Shown one piece after another: positions 1 to 12,500 of a stretch of 64,000 nt of DNA. Both the position numbers and the translations under genes were made by a program. Position 1 is the first letter of the stretch; every line of letters begins with the position of its first letter. Origin of the DNA: Vicugna vicugna (taxonomy: Eukaryota); contig MU058714.1 of the NCBI GenBank assembly GCA_013265495.1, positions 558,001-622,000 on the forward strand, read 5' to 3'. The notes beneath the pieces are model-generated. The model had not been told where the DNA came from. It ran no database searches and was given only the letters and a program-made list of their open reading frames with translations.

Positions 1-949
1 ACGTGTCCCCGGACGTGGGGTGTGGGCGAGGCCCTAGGGGACTGATTGCTCCGATGACGCACCGTGTCCCGTCCCTCCTCCCCTTGGGGAGGCCGAGCGG
101 TGTCCCTCCCCGGGCCTCCCGAGGCTGGTGGACGTGTCCTGCTGACCCGGACCCAGGGGGTGACCTGAGACAGAGAGGTCCACACTGGTCCCCGCCACAC
201 CCAGGCTTTAAAGACGGCGCCTCCCACCAAATCTGTGCAATGTTAGCGTCAAAGTCGCAGCAGGAGGGGCGGTCACAGCCCCAGCTGAAGGGTCACGTGG
301 GAGGCTGGAGCAAACACTGCAAGTCACACATTTGAAGCAAACGGGTCATTTTCATGTGAAGGGTCTCAAAATAGGCCAGAAAATACAAAGACAGTGTGCT
401 GAGCTCGGGCGGCAGGGGACACCCTGCCCAGAACTCACACGCCCGCAGGGAGAGGGCCACTGTGCCCCGCTGTCTGCCTCTGTCGGACCTCCTGGCAGGA
501 AACACGCGGGGCGGGCAGGGCTCAGGCCTCGCCAGGTGTTAATCTGTCAGCTTCGTCACCTTGAGATCCTGTACCAAGTTCCCTCTTAACCTTCAGACAG
601 ACTGGGCCGAGCCTCAAGCATCCTCGGAGTCCACCAGCTCTTCTGGGTTCATCTGTTTTCTGTCGGTATCTGCTAATCAAGGAAATTTTTAAAGTGTCTT
701 CTTTAAAAGTAATTTTTATCAAGGGTAGGTAAGTGATCATGTTACTGGAAATTAGAAAAAGCGACAAGGATGTGAGAGTACCCGTGGCTTTCCCCTTTTG
801 TAACGGTGACAATTGATCGGCTGGCGTCCCGGTGTCTGTCCCCCGTGGGTAGATTTCAGCGAGTGTTCAGACTTCTGTCATACAGATTGGATGTCTTCGT
901 TTTATTGTCATTTATAAGGCTGCTACTTCCCAAAAGAGAAAATGAGTAA

Positions 950-2560
950 GTTTTTAACCCATCAGTTGAACTGAGGATAATTTATGTGGAGACTTATGAT
1001 GCACAGAAGTTATCCTGTTCCAGTGCACAGTTTGGTTCAGCAAATGGACAGAGGCAAGTGAGCATCGTGCACTCAAGGTCTCAGATGTTCCCTGCGTCCC
1101 CAAAAGTCAGCGCGTCTCCCCACCGCCAGCCCCCAGCAGAGCCTGCCCTGCTGTCCGTCCCTGTAGGCTTGTCATTTCCTGAATGTCTTGCACATGAAGT
1201 CACACGACACGTGTGACTTCCTTGCCTGGCACTTTGCGCTTCATATGACGCTTTGAGTCGTCCTCATGTTGCCAGATCAATAGCTTATTTGTTCTCACTG
1301 CCCTTGCTGGCGACGGTACATCGGCAACCGGTTGTTTCCAGTTTGGGGCCGGCATGAAAGAGCTGCTGTGCACACTGGACAGGTTTTGGTCTAGACGACG
1401 TTTCCATGGCGTTGCTGGTAAGTGTGTATTTTAGTTTGGAACAAGCTGCCAAAGTGTTTTCCGGAGTGGCTCGTTCCAGTCTGCACTGCCACCACAAGGG
1501 ATGCGAGTCCCCGTCAGCCTCCCCGTCGCCAGCACTTCATGATACTGCCATTTTCGTTTTGGCGCTTCGCAGGTGCGTCTTGGTGTCCCATCGGGACTTC
1601 AGTTTGCGTCTCCCCAGGACTAGCGCCGTCGCGCACCTCTGCGTGCTTGCTTGCCGTCCATAGATCTTCCCCGATTAGCTGTCTTTTGCTCATTTTTAAA
1701 CCAAGTGACTTATCTGTTTGTTGAATTATGAGTTCTCATGTGTTCTGGATACAAGTTCTTTTGTCAGACGTGTATTTTTAAAACATGTTTCTCCCTGTCT
1801 GGCTTGACTTTTCATTTGCTCAGTGGTGTCTTTTGAAGAGCCAGAGTTTTAAATTTTGACAAAGTCCAACTTATTAATTTCTTTCTTTCATAGTTCATGT
1901 TTTTTATTTCATCTCTAAGAAATCTTTGCCTGACCCAGAGTCATAAAGATTTTCTCCTATGTTCTCTGCTGAAGGTTTATAATTTCAGCTCTTCCATTTA
2001 GGTATGTGGTCTATTTCAAGTTAATTTTTGAGGTTCAGCCTTTTTTCTGCATGTTTCTCTCCAGTTGCCCTAGACCACTAGTGAAAGGACTGTCCCTTCT
2101 CCATCAAAACACTGTGGGACTTTTGTCAGAAATCAGTCAGTCACTGCGTGTGTGTGCGCGCACGTGCGCGTGTGTGCGTGCGCTTGCGTGTGTGTGTGTG
2201 TGCGCACGCTCTCCATCCTGACCTGTCTATTCTCTCACCAACACCCCACTATCTCCGTAAGCACAGCTTTCTACAAAGTCTTGAGATGAGAATAGTGGAA
2301 GCCTTTGTTCTTCTACAAAATTGTGTTGGCTATTCTAGACCTTTGGATTTCTATACAAATTTTAGAATTAGTTTGTCAAGTTCTGAAGAGAAAAAGTGCC
2401 TAACTGGCATTGATACTGGAGTTGTACTGAGTCCATAAATCCGTCTGGGGAGAATTGATACCTTAATAATATTGAATCTTCTGCTGCATAAACACAGTAT
2501 CTCTGCAGTATCTTTTTTTAAATCTGTACAGATGTTTATTGCTGCACTGGTGAAATCAGG
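950..2560 (-). mobile_element. Old LINE-1 (L1M-type) fragments
   Basis: T-rich antisense L1 hallmarks such as aagtccaacttattaattt, aaatctttgcctgaccc, aattttagaattagtttgtcaag; similar pieces at about 12230-12700. Confidence 0.65.
2146..2209. repeat. (TG/CG)n alternating purine-pyrimidine microsatellite
   Basis: tgcgtgtgtgtgcgcgcacgtgcgcgtgtgtgcgtgcgc... Confidence 0.9.
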
Positions 2561-3538
2561 GGGAAAACCCCAGAAAACTGGAAAGAGCCTAGTTGCGTAC
2601 CGATGAGGTCTTAAAATGCTATCTGGTCGTTGGAAAGAATCAAGGCGAGCTCTGTGCGCCGACACTGACTATCTGTAAGACACAGCACAGGACAAAGTAA
2701 GACGCAGAACAGGACACCCTGAGTTTCCACTTGTAATTTTCTAAGCGGGGAGAAATACATAAACACGTGCAGCATGGTGACTGTAAGCGCCTGAAGTGCA
2801 TCCGGAAAGGCAGGTGAGAGGCAGGGACAGGTTGCCTGAGGAAGAGGCCCAAGGGCCTGGGAGTAGCTGTGAGAGACGTGCAAGGTGTTATTCTAGTCCA
2901 AGAAAATAATTATTTTTTTGAATTTTTGAAGAAGAACTTATTCAGAGGATAAAGTGCCATCAGTGGAGAAAAGCACGTTAGAAGTGCAGCGGGACAGCTC
3001 AGAACGAGAGGGGGAGCGGGCTCGCACGCAGACGTTCGAGCGCCATTAGCCAGGACCTGCGTCTTTCACCCGGACGCGCGCTGCGGGCGTGCCCACGGCC
3101 GGCGCGCGGAGGGGGTTTGAAGAGACGGCCGCCTGCGCTCCCCCGAGTCCCGGCGGTCACTGCGGCCGTGGGGAGAGAGCCTCGGGGGCTCGGGGCTCAG
3201 CGTGCACGTCTGTAAACCCTGGGTGACGGCATTTCCTTTCCAAGGTGATGGTCACGACTGGAGGGGAGGGGCTGGCGGCGACCCCCGCCCCGCCCAGCAC
3301 AAGTCAGCAGCTTCCTTCCCTCTCCCCCTCCCACAATCATAGCATCCCAAGAGTTTTAGACTTGAGTTTGAAATGGGTAATAGTTCTAATGTGCTAGAAA
3401 CCAGTAGTCAAGGTTCGGCTGCTGTGAAGAGTTGGCTTCCTAATTTCTTTCTCTCTACCCTGTGGGCATCCTCCGAGCGGGGTACCACCATCCACACTGG
3501 TGTTCTGATGTCCTATTTTACCCTCTCTGTGTTGGCAG

Positions 3539-6500
3539 TGAATGCCAGCACCAAGTCAAGTCCATGGACGGCGAGCTCGAAGCCTATAAGAAGTCCATCA
3601 TGAAGGAGGAAGAAAAGAACGAGAAGCTGGCCAGCATCCTGAACCGGGCGGAGACGGAGGCCAGCCTGATGCAGAAACTGATCTCGCAGGGCCTGGCCAA
3701 GGACGAGGCCCTGCAGAACGAGTTCAGCACCTACAGGCTCACCCTGCTGGACACGGAGGACGCACTGGGCAAGGCCCACGCGGTACGGCCACGTCCCCCT
3801 GCCACGTGCCTCCCGGCCGCCTGCACAGCATCCACTTCTGCCTCTCCCTTCCCAGGAATACACGGCGACCCTCAGCGAATTGCAGACTCTCCAGCAGACC
3901 GTCCGGCACGAGGCGGAGCAGCGGGGGAAGATGGATGTCTGCATTGTGGAGAAGCTGCGGGAGCACATGACCTCCAACAAGATGACCAAGTACTTCCACC
4001 AGCTCATCCTGAAGCTCCAGAAGGAGAAGACCAACCTGGTACGGCTCCTGCACACACCCAGGCCGCCAGGGGCAGGTGCCCCCAGGGAGAAGGGGTCCGG
4101 GGCGGCTCTCGCAGGGAACACACCACACGCCGTGGAATCAGCGTGAGCAAGGGGCGTGCGGCGCGTCTGTTCACCTTTTGTTGTTTTTTTTTCTAGTTGT
4201 AAAAGCAATACATTTTTATTGTAGAAAACCCAGAAACACAGAAAGGCATGAGAGGAAAGCAAGACAGCCACAATCCCACTGTCCAGACACAATCTCCTCT
4301 GAAATTGTGGTACATTTCCTCCTGGAAAATTTTCTAAACACACACAGCCACACTCATACTCACAAAGACACACGCAGACACAGCCTCAGAGGACATAGGG
4401 CTCTTACTGTTTATCAGTTTTGGAACCATTCTGATCCACTTTTCTTCATTTTTTTACTGAAAATATGACACAGAAAAGTGCACAAAGAACAAGTGTAGGA
4501 CCTGATGAATTTTTCAGTATCTGCACAGTATTTTATTTTACCTTATTGGCCATATTCAGCATAACAGTTTCCATTAAATATTCCTAGGAAAGGTACATGA
4601 CAGTTCATGCATCACAGTTCATCCTATGAGTACATGTGTTTTGTTTAACAATTCTTTCATTAGACATTTCAGATTGTTTTTAGGTTTCAAACATTATAAA
4701 TAGCTCAGCACTGAACTTGCACGTTCACACATCTTTGTCTGCGTGTCTGAGGATAAACTGCAGCAGAAACCCTTGTCAAATGGGCAGGAGCACTTTAAAT
4801 GGATTCCAGAGCTGCCCAAGCCTCTGCCTCTGCCCAGGGTGTGCCTGGAGGTCCTGAGTGACTATGACTGGCCCTCCTGGCCTGGGGACCCTCTCCTTTC
4901 CCCTCCCCCTACATGAGTTCTCTCTTGCTTCCCCAGGGGTTTTGCTTTTCTCAGGGAGTGGGGGGTGTCCCTGTGTCCTTAGAAAAGCAATTCATTACTT
5001 GAATTGTTTCTCCTTTGGCTCTTTCCATGATATGACCCCCTGCCTCAGGGCCACTGTCTACCTGGCTGGCAGCCTGAGGCACCTCACCCCTCTCAGACAC
5101 CTGGGAGGAAGCCAGTTCGCTCTTGGCCTGGTTGTGCCACGGGACTGGGGAGACAGGGCTGGAATCCAGACTGAGCGTGGCTGGATCTCCTTGGGATGTC
5201 CTGGCTGACGCTGGTGGAAGAGGGGCAAGACTACCTGCTTGGAACAAAAGTAGGGGTCCCAAGGGTACACTGTAGAAGCTAAGGAGCATGGTGGGCGTGC
5301 AGTAACCTGCCAGCTTTGCTGCAGCACTGCAGAGGCAGGTCCCCAGGCCCCCTGGCAGACCCCTTCACCAGTTCCCAATGTGGGTGGCTCATGTGCTACC
5401 ACTGATGTCCAGCCGAGGGCAGTAAAGAGTCCTGGACCAGCATTTGTTACAACTGGTGGGTGGCGCACATACTACTACTAATGTGCAGCAGAAGGCAATG
5501 AAGAGTACTGGTCCACACTTGTACTACCACTGATGTCCACCGGAGGGCAATAAAGAGTCCTAGTCCAGGATTTGTGAACAACGGTTGGTGGGAGGCGCAT
5601 GTACTACCACCGACGTCCACCGGAGGGCAGTAAAGAGTGCTGGTCCAGCATTTGTCACAATTGGTGGGCGGCATGTGTACTACCACCGATGTCCACCGGA
5701 GGGCAGTAAAGGGTCCTGGTCCAGCATTTGTTGCAACAGTTGGTGGGAGGTGCGTGGACTACCACAGTTGTCCACCGGAGGGCAGTAAAGAGTACTGGGC
5801 CAACATTTGTTGCAACAGTTGGTGGGCGGCATGTGTACTACCACCGATGTCCACCGGAGGGTAGTAAAGAGTCCTTGTCCAGCATTTGTTACAATTGGTG
5901 GGCGTCATGTGTACTACCACCGATGTCCAGCAGAGGACAGAAATGAGTCCTGGGCCAGTGTTCCTTGCAATAATTGCCAGGAGATGCAAATCCAGCTCTT
6001 AAAAGGGGGCACTTTGCTTGAACTGTTCAAAACCCCCTTGGGCTGGTGGTAGGGGGTGTGGGCATATCTGGGACAAAGAGCAGAGTTTGTGGATGGGCAG
6101 AATCATTCGGAACTGGGTCCAGAGAGAGGGCAGGCACAGGTGAACAGGGAGGGGGGCGGGTGTGGGTTTCCGCTGTTAATCCAGGAGCCGTACTGACATC
6201 CCAGAAGGATGCCAGGGTGAGCAATGAGCCAGAATGTCGCTGGAGAGAGGCCATGTGCTCTGGCTGGCCTGGCTGGTGGCTGAAAGGGGACTTAGGAACT
6301 GAAGCCCTCCCCTCCAGGGTGGAGCGCTGGGGCAGAGAAGAAGGTGTGCCCCTCTGAAGACCTGGTGAACTTGGGTGGTCTTGGCAAAGAGAGGGATGGC
6401 ATAACCAGAGCTCAGAGGGACCAAGGCGTGACCTTAGGGGCTGGGTGACTTGAGATGCTGGCAGGGTCTGGCTTTATATCTGGGGATGTCCTGGAAAGCC

Positions 6501-9500
6501 ATCCACAGTACCCAGTCAGACAGTGAGTGTGTGACAGAGCTAGCTGGGGTCACATGGTCATGTGGGGTGAAACGGAGATGGGGCTGGGGGTTGTTGGGAA
6601 CCACGGGCCCAGAGAGAGCTGAGGATGTGCCCGGCAGGAGCTGGTGGGCAGCCAGTGGCGGGGGGCTGGCAGGGTCAGGGCAGAGCCAGGGCCTGGGGAA
6701 AAAGGGCCTGGTCCCAAAGCCAGAGCTGCCCAGTTCCTGATTCTCACAAGTATCCTTATGATCAGCTGTCTGTCGTGGGAAGGGGCAGAACGAGTCTGTC
6801 TTCTGAGCCAGCAGACGAGGCAGGGTGGGCTGGTCCCGGCTTCAGGATGGCAGACGGCCCTGCAGGGCCCAGGCTGCTCCACTCTGGGCAGATGCTCCTG
6901 CCTCCAGAGCCCAAGGCTGGCGAGAGCCCCAGGGTCACAAGCCCCTGGCTGGTGGCAGATGGCGCCCCACAATACAACCTTCTCTCTCCAGGACTGCGTC
7001 CAGCTTTTCAGTAAAATGTAAGGATATTTGTCCCATCGAATAGAAATGAGCAGTTGTTAAGAGCTTGCCACAACATTATTCAGAGTAGGAACACCAGTAA
7101 CAGAGGCACGCTCACAGAGGGCAGGCATCTTGGTTTCCTTCCCCGGAGCATACGAGCCGCAGGGAGCAGCGCCTGTGATGGCTGTGGAACAGGTGGGTGG
7201 GCCCAGGACAGCTGCGACCTGCTTCCTAAGCTCTGGGACAGATGTGGTAGAGCACCGCAGTCACTAGCAATGATGTGACGTGAGAACATCAGATGTGTCA
7301 AATTGAAAAGCGGCTACAAACCTACACGTGGAGTGCGATCCTGTTGTTGCTTTTGGAGGGGAGGAAGGGGGTTTGTATACAAAGACTGGAAGGCAGGGTG
7401 GATCTTCAGCTCTGATGGTGGCCGACTGTGCAGAAGGTTTATAGGTAATCACCTGCGTTTTCACGTCCCCCATGATGTGTGTCACTGTTTTCTGATAAAG
7501 GAAAACAGTAATGTTAACTTTATTTGTGATAAATCATCAGGGTTCCAACATGCAGGTCCTTTGACAGGTCCTGAGATGGGGAGGAAGCCAACAGCCTCCT
7601 CTCCTGATCAGGTTTTGCAGTTTCTGCAGGTGCACACCCGGATGTTCGAGGAAACGGGCAGCCAGCCCACTCCTCTGGAGCCTTCCCCCAAAACAGAGAA
7701 AGTTTGTTCATGTTTCCTTCTGCTGATTCAGGTGACACATCTTTCCAAAATTGATGGCGACATTGCTCAGGCCACCCTGGACATCACGAACACCAACTGC
7801 AGGCTGGACATGCACCAGAAGACGCTGGCCGAGCTGGACACGGAAGTGAAAAAAGTCAACGACCTCATCACAAACAGTGAAAACGAAATCTCCAGGCGCA
7901 CGACCCTGATCGAGAGGAAACAAGGCCTCATCAACTTCCTCAACAAGCAGCTGGAGCAGACGGTGTCGGAGCTCGGGGTGAGGCCCAGGGCCAGGAGGGC
8001 CACTCTGGCTGACAGGGGAGCTGGCCCCGGGGGCTGTCCTGCATTTAGAAGCGAGCTCGCACAGAACCCGGGCAGCCCGTCCCTGCCCATCTCCCAGGTG
8101 AAGCACACGTGTGCGGAATGCTGTCCCGCAGGCTGCCTGCGACCCTCTCTGTCGGGCTGGTCAGTCCGTATTTCAGCGCTATGGCCCGATGGTCCTGTCG
8201 CAGCCCCTCCTCCCCGCAGTGGCTGCACAGGAACAGACGGGCATAGCCGTGGGCAGGAAAAGCTCACCCCGGGGCCCTGAAGTTTGAATCCTGCAGCCTC
8301 CACCTGGCATGAGCTCCTCTTCTTTAGAATGTCGTGTGGCCCACGGGCTGTGTGACGACAGGCAGCAGGCAGGGTCCCCCCCGACCGCTGCTCTAAGTGA
8401 AGCAGTCTGTTGAGCTTGGGGCTTGCAGTCCTATAGGTCCTCCAGGTACCCCAGACCTAAGGGCCCCACCAACGGCTCCAAACCCCAGAGCAGGACGGGC
8501 GGCTGGGGGTGCACTCTTAGGGAGACCCCAGGCACCAGAGAATGGTCTCAAAGCTGCAACCGCGAGGATTCTAAGGGAGTGAAGACCCTGCCCCATGACA
8601 GTCTGCTGTTAAAAGGCAACTTGCAAAGTCCCCTTGGGTAATGGAGGCCCTGCCGCCCCTGCTTCTGCCTCTGCAAGGCTGGGGATGGAAGGGCCGGACC
8701 AGTGCGGGGGCGGGGGCGGTAGACCCTCCAGACCCGAATCTCCCACAGCGGGTCTGACCATATGACCTGGGCCTTCATGGGAGAGATCCCATGACGGGGT
8801 CCCCGCCCTCTGCAGCCCACCCTGACCTAGAGGCTCGGTCTGCTTTCTGGCGAACACCGCTTTCAGGGGGAAGAAGTGGGGCCCCTGGAGCTGGAGATCC
8901 AGAGGCTGACCAGACTGCTGGAGGAGCAGGACGCGAGCATGACGCAGGCCCAGGTGGCCTGGCTGCGGCTGCAGCAGGAGATGGTGAAGGCCACGCAGGA
9001 GCGCGAGGAGCAGCTGGTCTCCCTGGACGTGGCCAAGAAGGAGCTCCACATCCTGGAGCAGAAGAAGCTCAGGATCGAGAGTGAGCGCCCCTGCCCAGCC
9101 CCCCACGGCCCCCTGCTGAGGCGCCCTGGTCCCACCTGGTCAGCCCCACGGGAGGTGCTGCCCCGGTATCGGGCCCACTCCGCCTGGACACCTCATACCC
9201 CGGTTCTTCCCCGCGGTTCTTGCTCTGCCCTTGGGGCGCCCAGACCCGCTGCTGGAGATCAGGGTCGTTGCTTCCGGCCCCTGCCCCTGGGCTTGGCTGG
9301 TCTTCCTGGAGCCTCAGTGTCTGAAGGCCAAGCCTGGCCCCTTCCGACTCCTCTGCCCGGGCCGGACCGTCGTTCCCACGGGGCCCCCAAGGAGGACCGC
9401 GAGGAGGGCGCAGTGGCAGAGACCCCGATCGCTACTCTTTGGGAGGGTGGCCTGACCCCCCTCCCGCTCCGCTCGCCCCGCAGACAAGATTGACCAGGAG

Positions 9501-12500
9501 AAGGAGGAGCAGAAGCAGCTCCAGCGCCACATGAGGGACCTGGACACCGACCTGAAGAAGCTCAACGTGCTGATGAACAGGAACCGGTGCAGCTCCGAGG
9601 AGCTGCGGCAGGACAACCTGGCCACCGAGGGCGAGTTCGTGCGCTCGCTCAGGGTCAGTGCCCGGCCCGGGGAGGGGGCGNNNNNNNNNNNNNNNNNNNN
9701 NNNNNNNNNNNNNNNNNNNNNNNNNNNNNNNNNNNNNNNNNNNNNNNNNNNNNNNNNNNNNNNNNNNNNNNNNNNNNNNNNNNNNNNNNNNNNNNNNNNN
9801 NNNNNNNNNNNNNNNNNNNNNNNNNNNNNNNNNNNNNNNNNNNNNNNNNNNNNNNNNNNNNNNNNNNNNNNNNNNNNCCCGCCCTCGGCCCCGCCCACGG
9901 CCCTCGACCCCGCCCACAGCCTCCCTCGGCCCCGCCCCCGGCCCTCGGCCCCGCCCACAGCCCGCCGCCCGCCCCGCCCCACGCAGGCCTCGGAGCGGGA
10001 GGCGGCGGAGATGCAGGAGAAGCTGAGTCAGCTCGGCGAGGAGAAGGCGGCCTTGCTCAACAGCCTGGTGGAGGCCGAGTGAGTGCGGGGCGCGCATCCC
10101 CCCCGGCGGAATCCGCCTGAAGCCGCGGGCGGGATCGGGGTGGGTCTGGCCTCCTGCCCTCCGGGCCGCCCTCCCCGCAGTCGGTGACCCCTGGAAATGA
10201 CGTGGCTCCCTTTGAATCCAGCTTTTACAAGAACTGTATGATCTTTCTGGTGCCTGGTTATGAGCATTTAAAACCGTAGCTCTGTGTGCAGAGTAGGAGC
10301 GAGAATCACACGTAACCCAAACCTCTTCCTTCACCATTTTCCCCGCGCATTTCTTCCTTGTTTTTTCCCCAGCGTAAATGGGATTGTTCTTGTGTCCCCC
10401 GTTGAACAAGCCTTGCCTTCTCCGTGGCTGTCCTTCCCGTCGGTGCACGTGGGTCTGCATCTCCAGCTGGAAGGGCTCCTAATCGGTGCTCTCCACGGGG
10501 CTGAGATGCAAAGGCCCGTCCCCTCCCTGGGGTTTGACAGAGTCTACACGTGACACCCGGCCCTGGTGCTCTTCCAGGGCATCTCAGCCCCTCCCAGCGG
10601 CTGTAACGGAGCAGCAGGCACTTACTGCTCTCAGTTCTGGGGGCCGGACGTCGAGGTCAGGGCGCCTGCCTGGTCCACTGAGGGCTCTCGTCTGAGCGGC
10701 AGATTCCTGGCTGTGTTCTCACAGGGTGCTCAGTGCGGTCCCTTTTATGAGGGCGCTAATCCCGCTCACGGGGCCTCCACCCTCATGACCTCATCACCTC
10801 CCCAGGTCCCGGCCTCCTGACCCAGCCACATGGGGGTCAGAACTCCAACAGGTCGGACAAGGGCATTCAGACCACAGCAGGGGGCGTGTATCTTTGCTGA
10901 CATTTTAATAGCTTTCAGGGTCTTGGTCTATTGGGATTTTTTCCCTTTTTTTTATGTCAACTCCTATCATTTATATTTGCTTTTCTCAGCTTCTCCAAAA
11001 GTTACATATCTGCTTCTCTCTCGCTGGGTGAGGGTTTTGGGCCCTGGGGTTGAGTTGACCCTCTGGTCCCAGAATGAGGGACATTTGATTCCATTTAAGC
11101 CCATGCCTTCCTGCCTGCAAATTAATGGTGCCACCTGCCAGGTGAGGGCACTCCTCGTGGAGGGACAGGGGAGGGTCTCCGTCAACCCACCACAGACACG
11201 GCCCCTCGAGCGGAGAACCAGTCCCAGGCACAGCACACAGCGCCCGCGGGAGCATCAGAAAGAAAGCCCGTCCTCCTCCAGCTCCCACACTGCCTCTCCT
11301 GCCCTCAAAGGCACCAGATCATGCTTTGGGAGAAAAAAATCCAACTGGCAAAAGAGATGCGTGCCTCAGTGGATTCTGAGACGGGCCAGACGGAGATCCG
11401 GGCCATGAAGGCTGAAGTCCAAAGGATGAAGGTGGGTGAGGGGAGGGCGGCGTGGGGGGCTGGGGGCTTGGGGCCCTAGGGAGGAAGCCCCTCCCTCACG
11501 GCAGCCTGCAGCCCAGGCACCAGGACATGCGCTGTTGCCCCGGCTGGCCTCCCGCGTCAGGGTCTGTCCGGCTCTTGTTCTTGCTGCCCCGAAGCAACCG
11601 GAGCACGCACAGCTGTCTGCTGAGCGCTCGCCAGGTGCCGCTTCACCCTCGCTCCGTGTAACCAGTGCCCTCTGATATTTTTAAATGCTGGCTGTGACTC
11701 CCCCAGCCCTACGACTGAATTGTGAGGTGTACCCCACCACTGGACCAAAAAGCCTCACCAGTGACAGGAGTCAAAGAACACACCACCTTGCCCCTCCGAG
11801 CTGTGTTTTTCTCTCCGCTGTCGTTTTAGCTGGACTTCACCACCTTAAAAAAAAAAAAAAAGGCCAGTAATTAAATCACAGGCTGTCACTGAGCCAAAGA
11901 TTCTGGGCTTCAAGGATATGACATCACTTTTAAATGCCATGGTTAGTAATAACCCCACTGGCTGTGGCATCCAGAGAAAATCAAATGCTTACGCTGCTGA
12001 TAAGTTTGAAAAACGCTCCATTAAACTGATTTTTCAAACCACAGAAGCCACGTGTGTTGCCACAGCAGGTCAGACCCTGCACCACAGAACTTACACACAC
12101 ATGCACACGCACACGCACACACGGACAGGGCTGCCTCCTCCCTCCCTCCTGCTGTGGTTTGGTTTGATTTTGTTTTCCTTGAAAAATAGTACATATAACT
12201 TAGCAACTTGTATTTAGAAAAATAATATGGACATTAACTCATTCTGTAAGCGTTGCGGAATACACTGTGGATGTAACATAATTCACTGAAACGTTCTCGG
12301 GTTAATGAAGATTCAGATTGTTTCCAGTGTGGTGGTGCTCTGTCACCACAAACAATGTTACAGTGACATCCTTGTGGAAGGCAGTTGACCATATTTGTTT
12401 TCTTGGGTCTGTCTCTGGGCTCTGTGCTGTGTTCCTCTGGTCCAAAAGCCTGTTCCGTCCCAGTTCCATAAAAATTTGAGAATCAGCTTGTCAGTCTCTC

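Noticed and set aside
3513..4373. Antisense ORFs over coding exons (also 9432-10460, 25642-26466, 60359-61036)
   Set aside because: Shadow frames of GC-rich exons, or ORFs bridged by N gaps
5380..5958. CRISPR-like array, or a protein encoded by the repeat (ORFs 5447-6052)
   Set aside because: Whole units are repeated with no unique spacers, there are no cas genes, and this is a mammalian intron. Unit lengths are not multiples of 3, so the ORFs are by-products.
10874..10888. Additional CTCF site ACAGCAGGGGGCGT
   Set aside because: Single imperfect match at an LTR edge with no upstream module; expected by chance in GC-rich DNA
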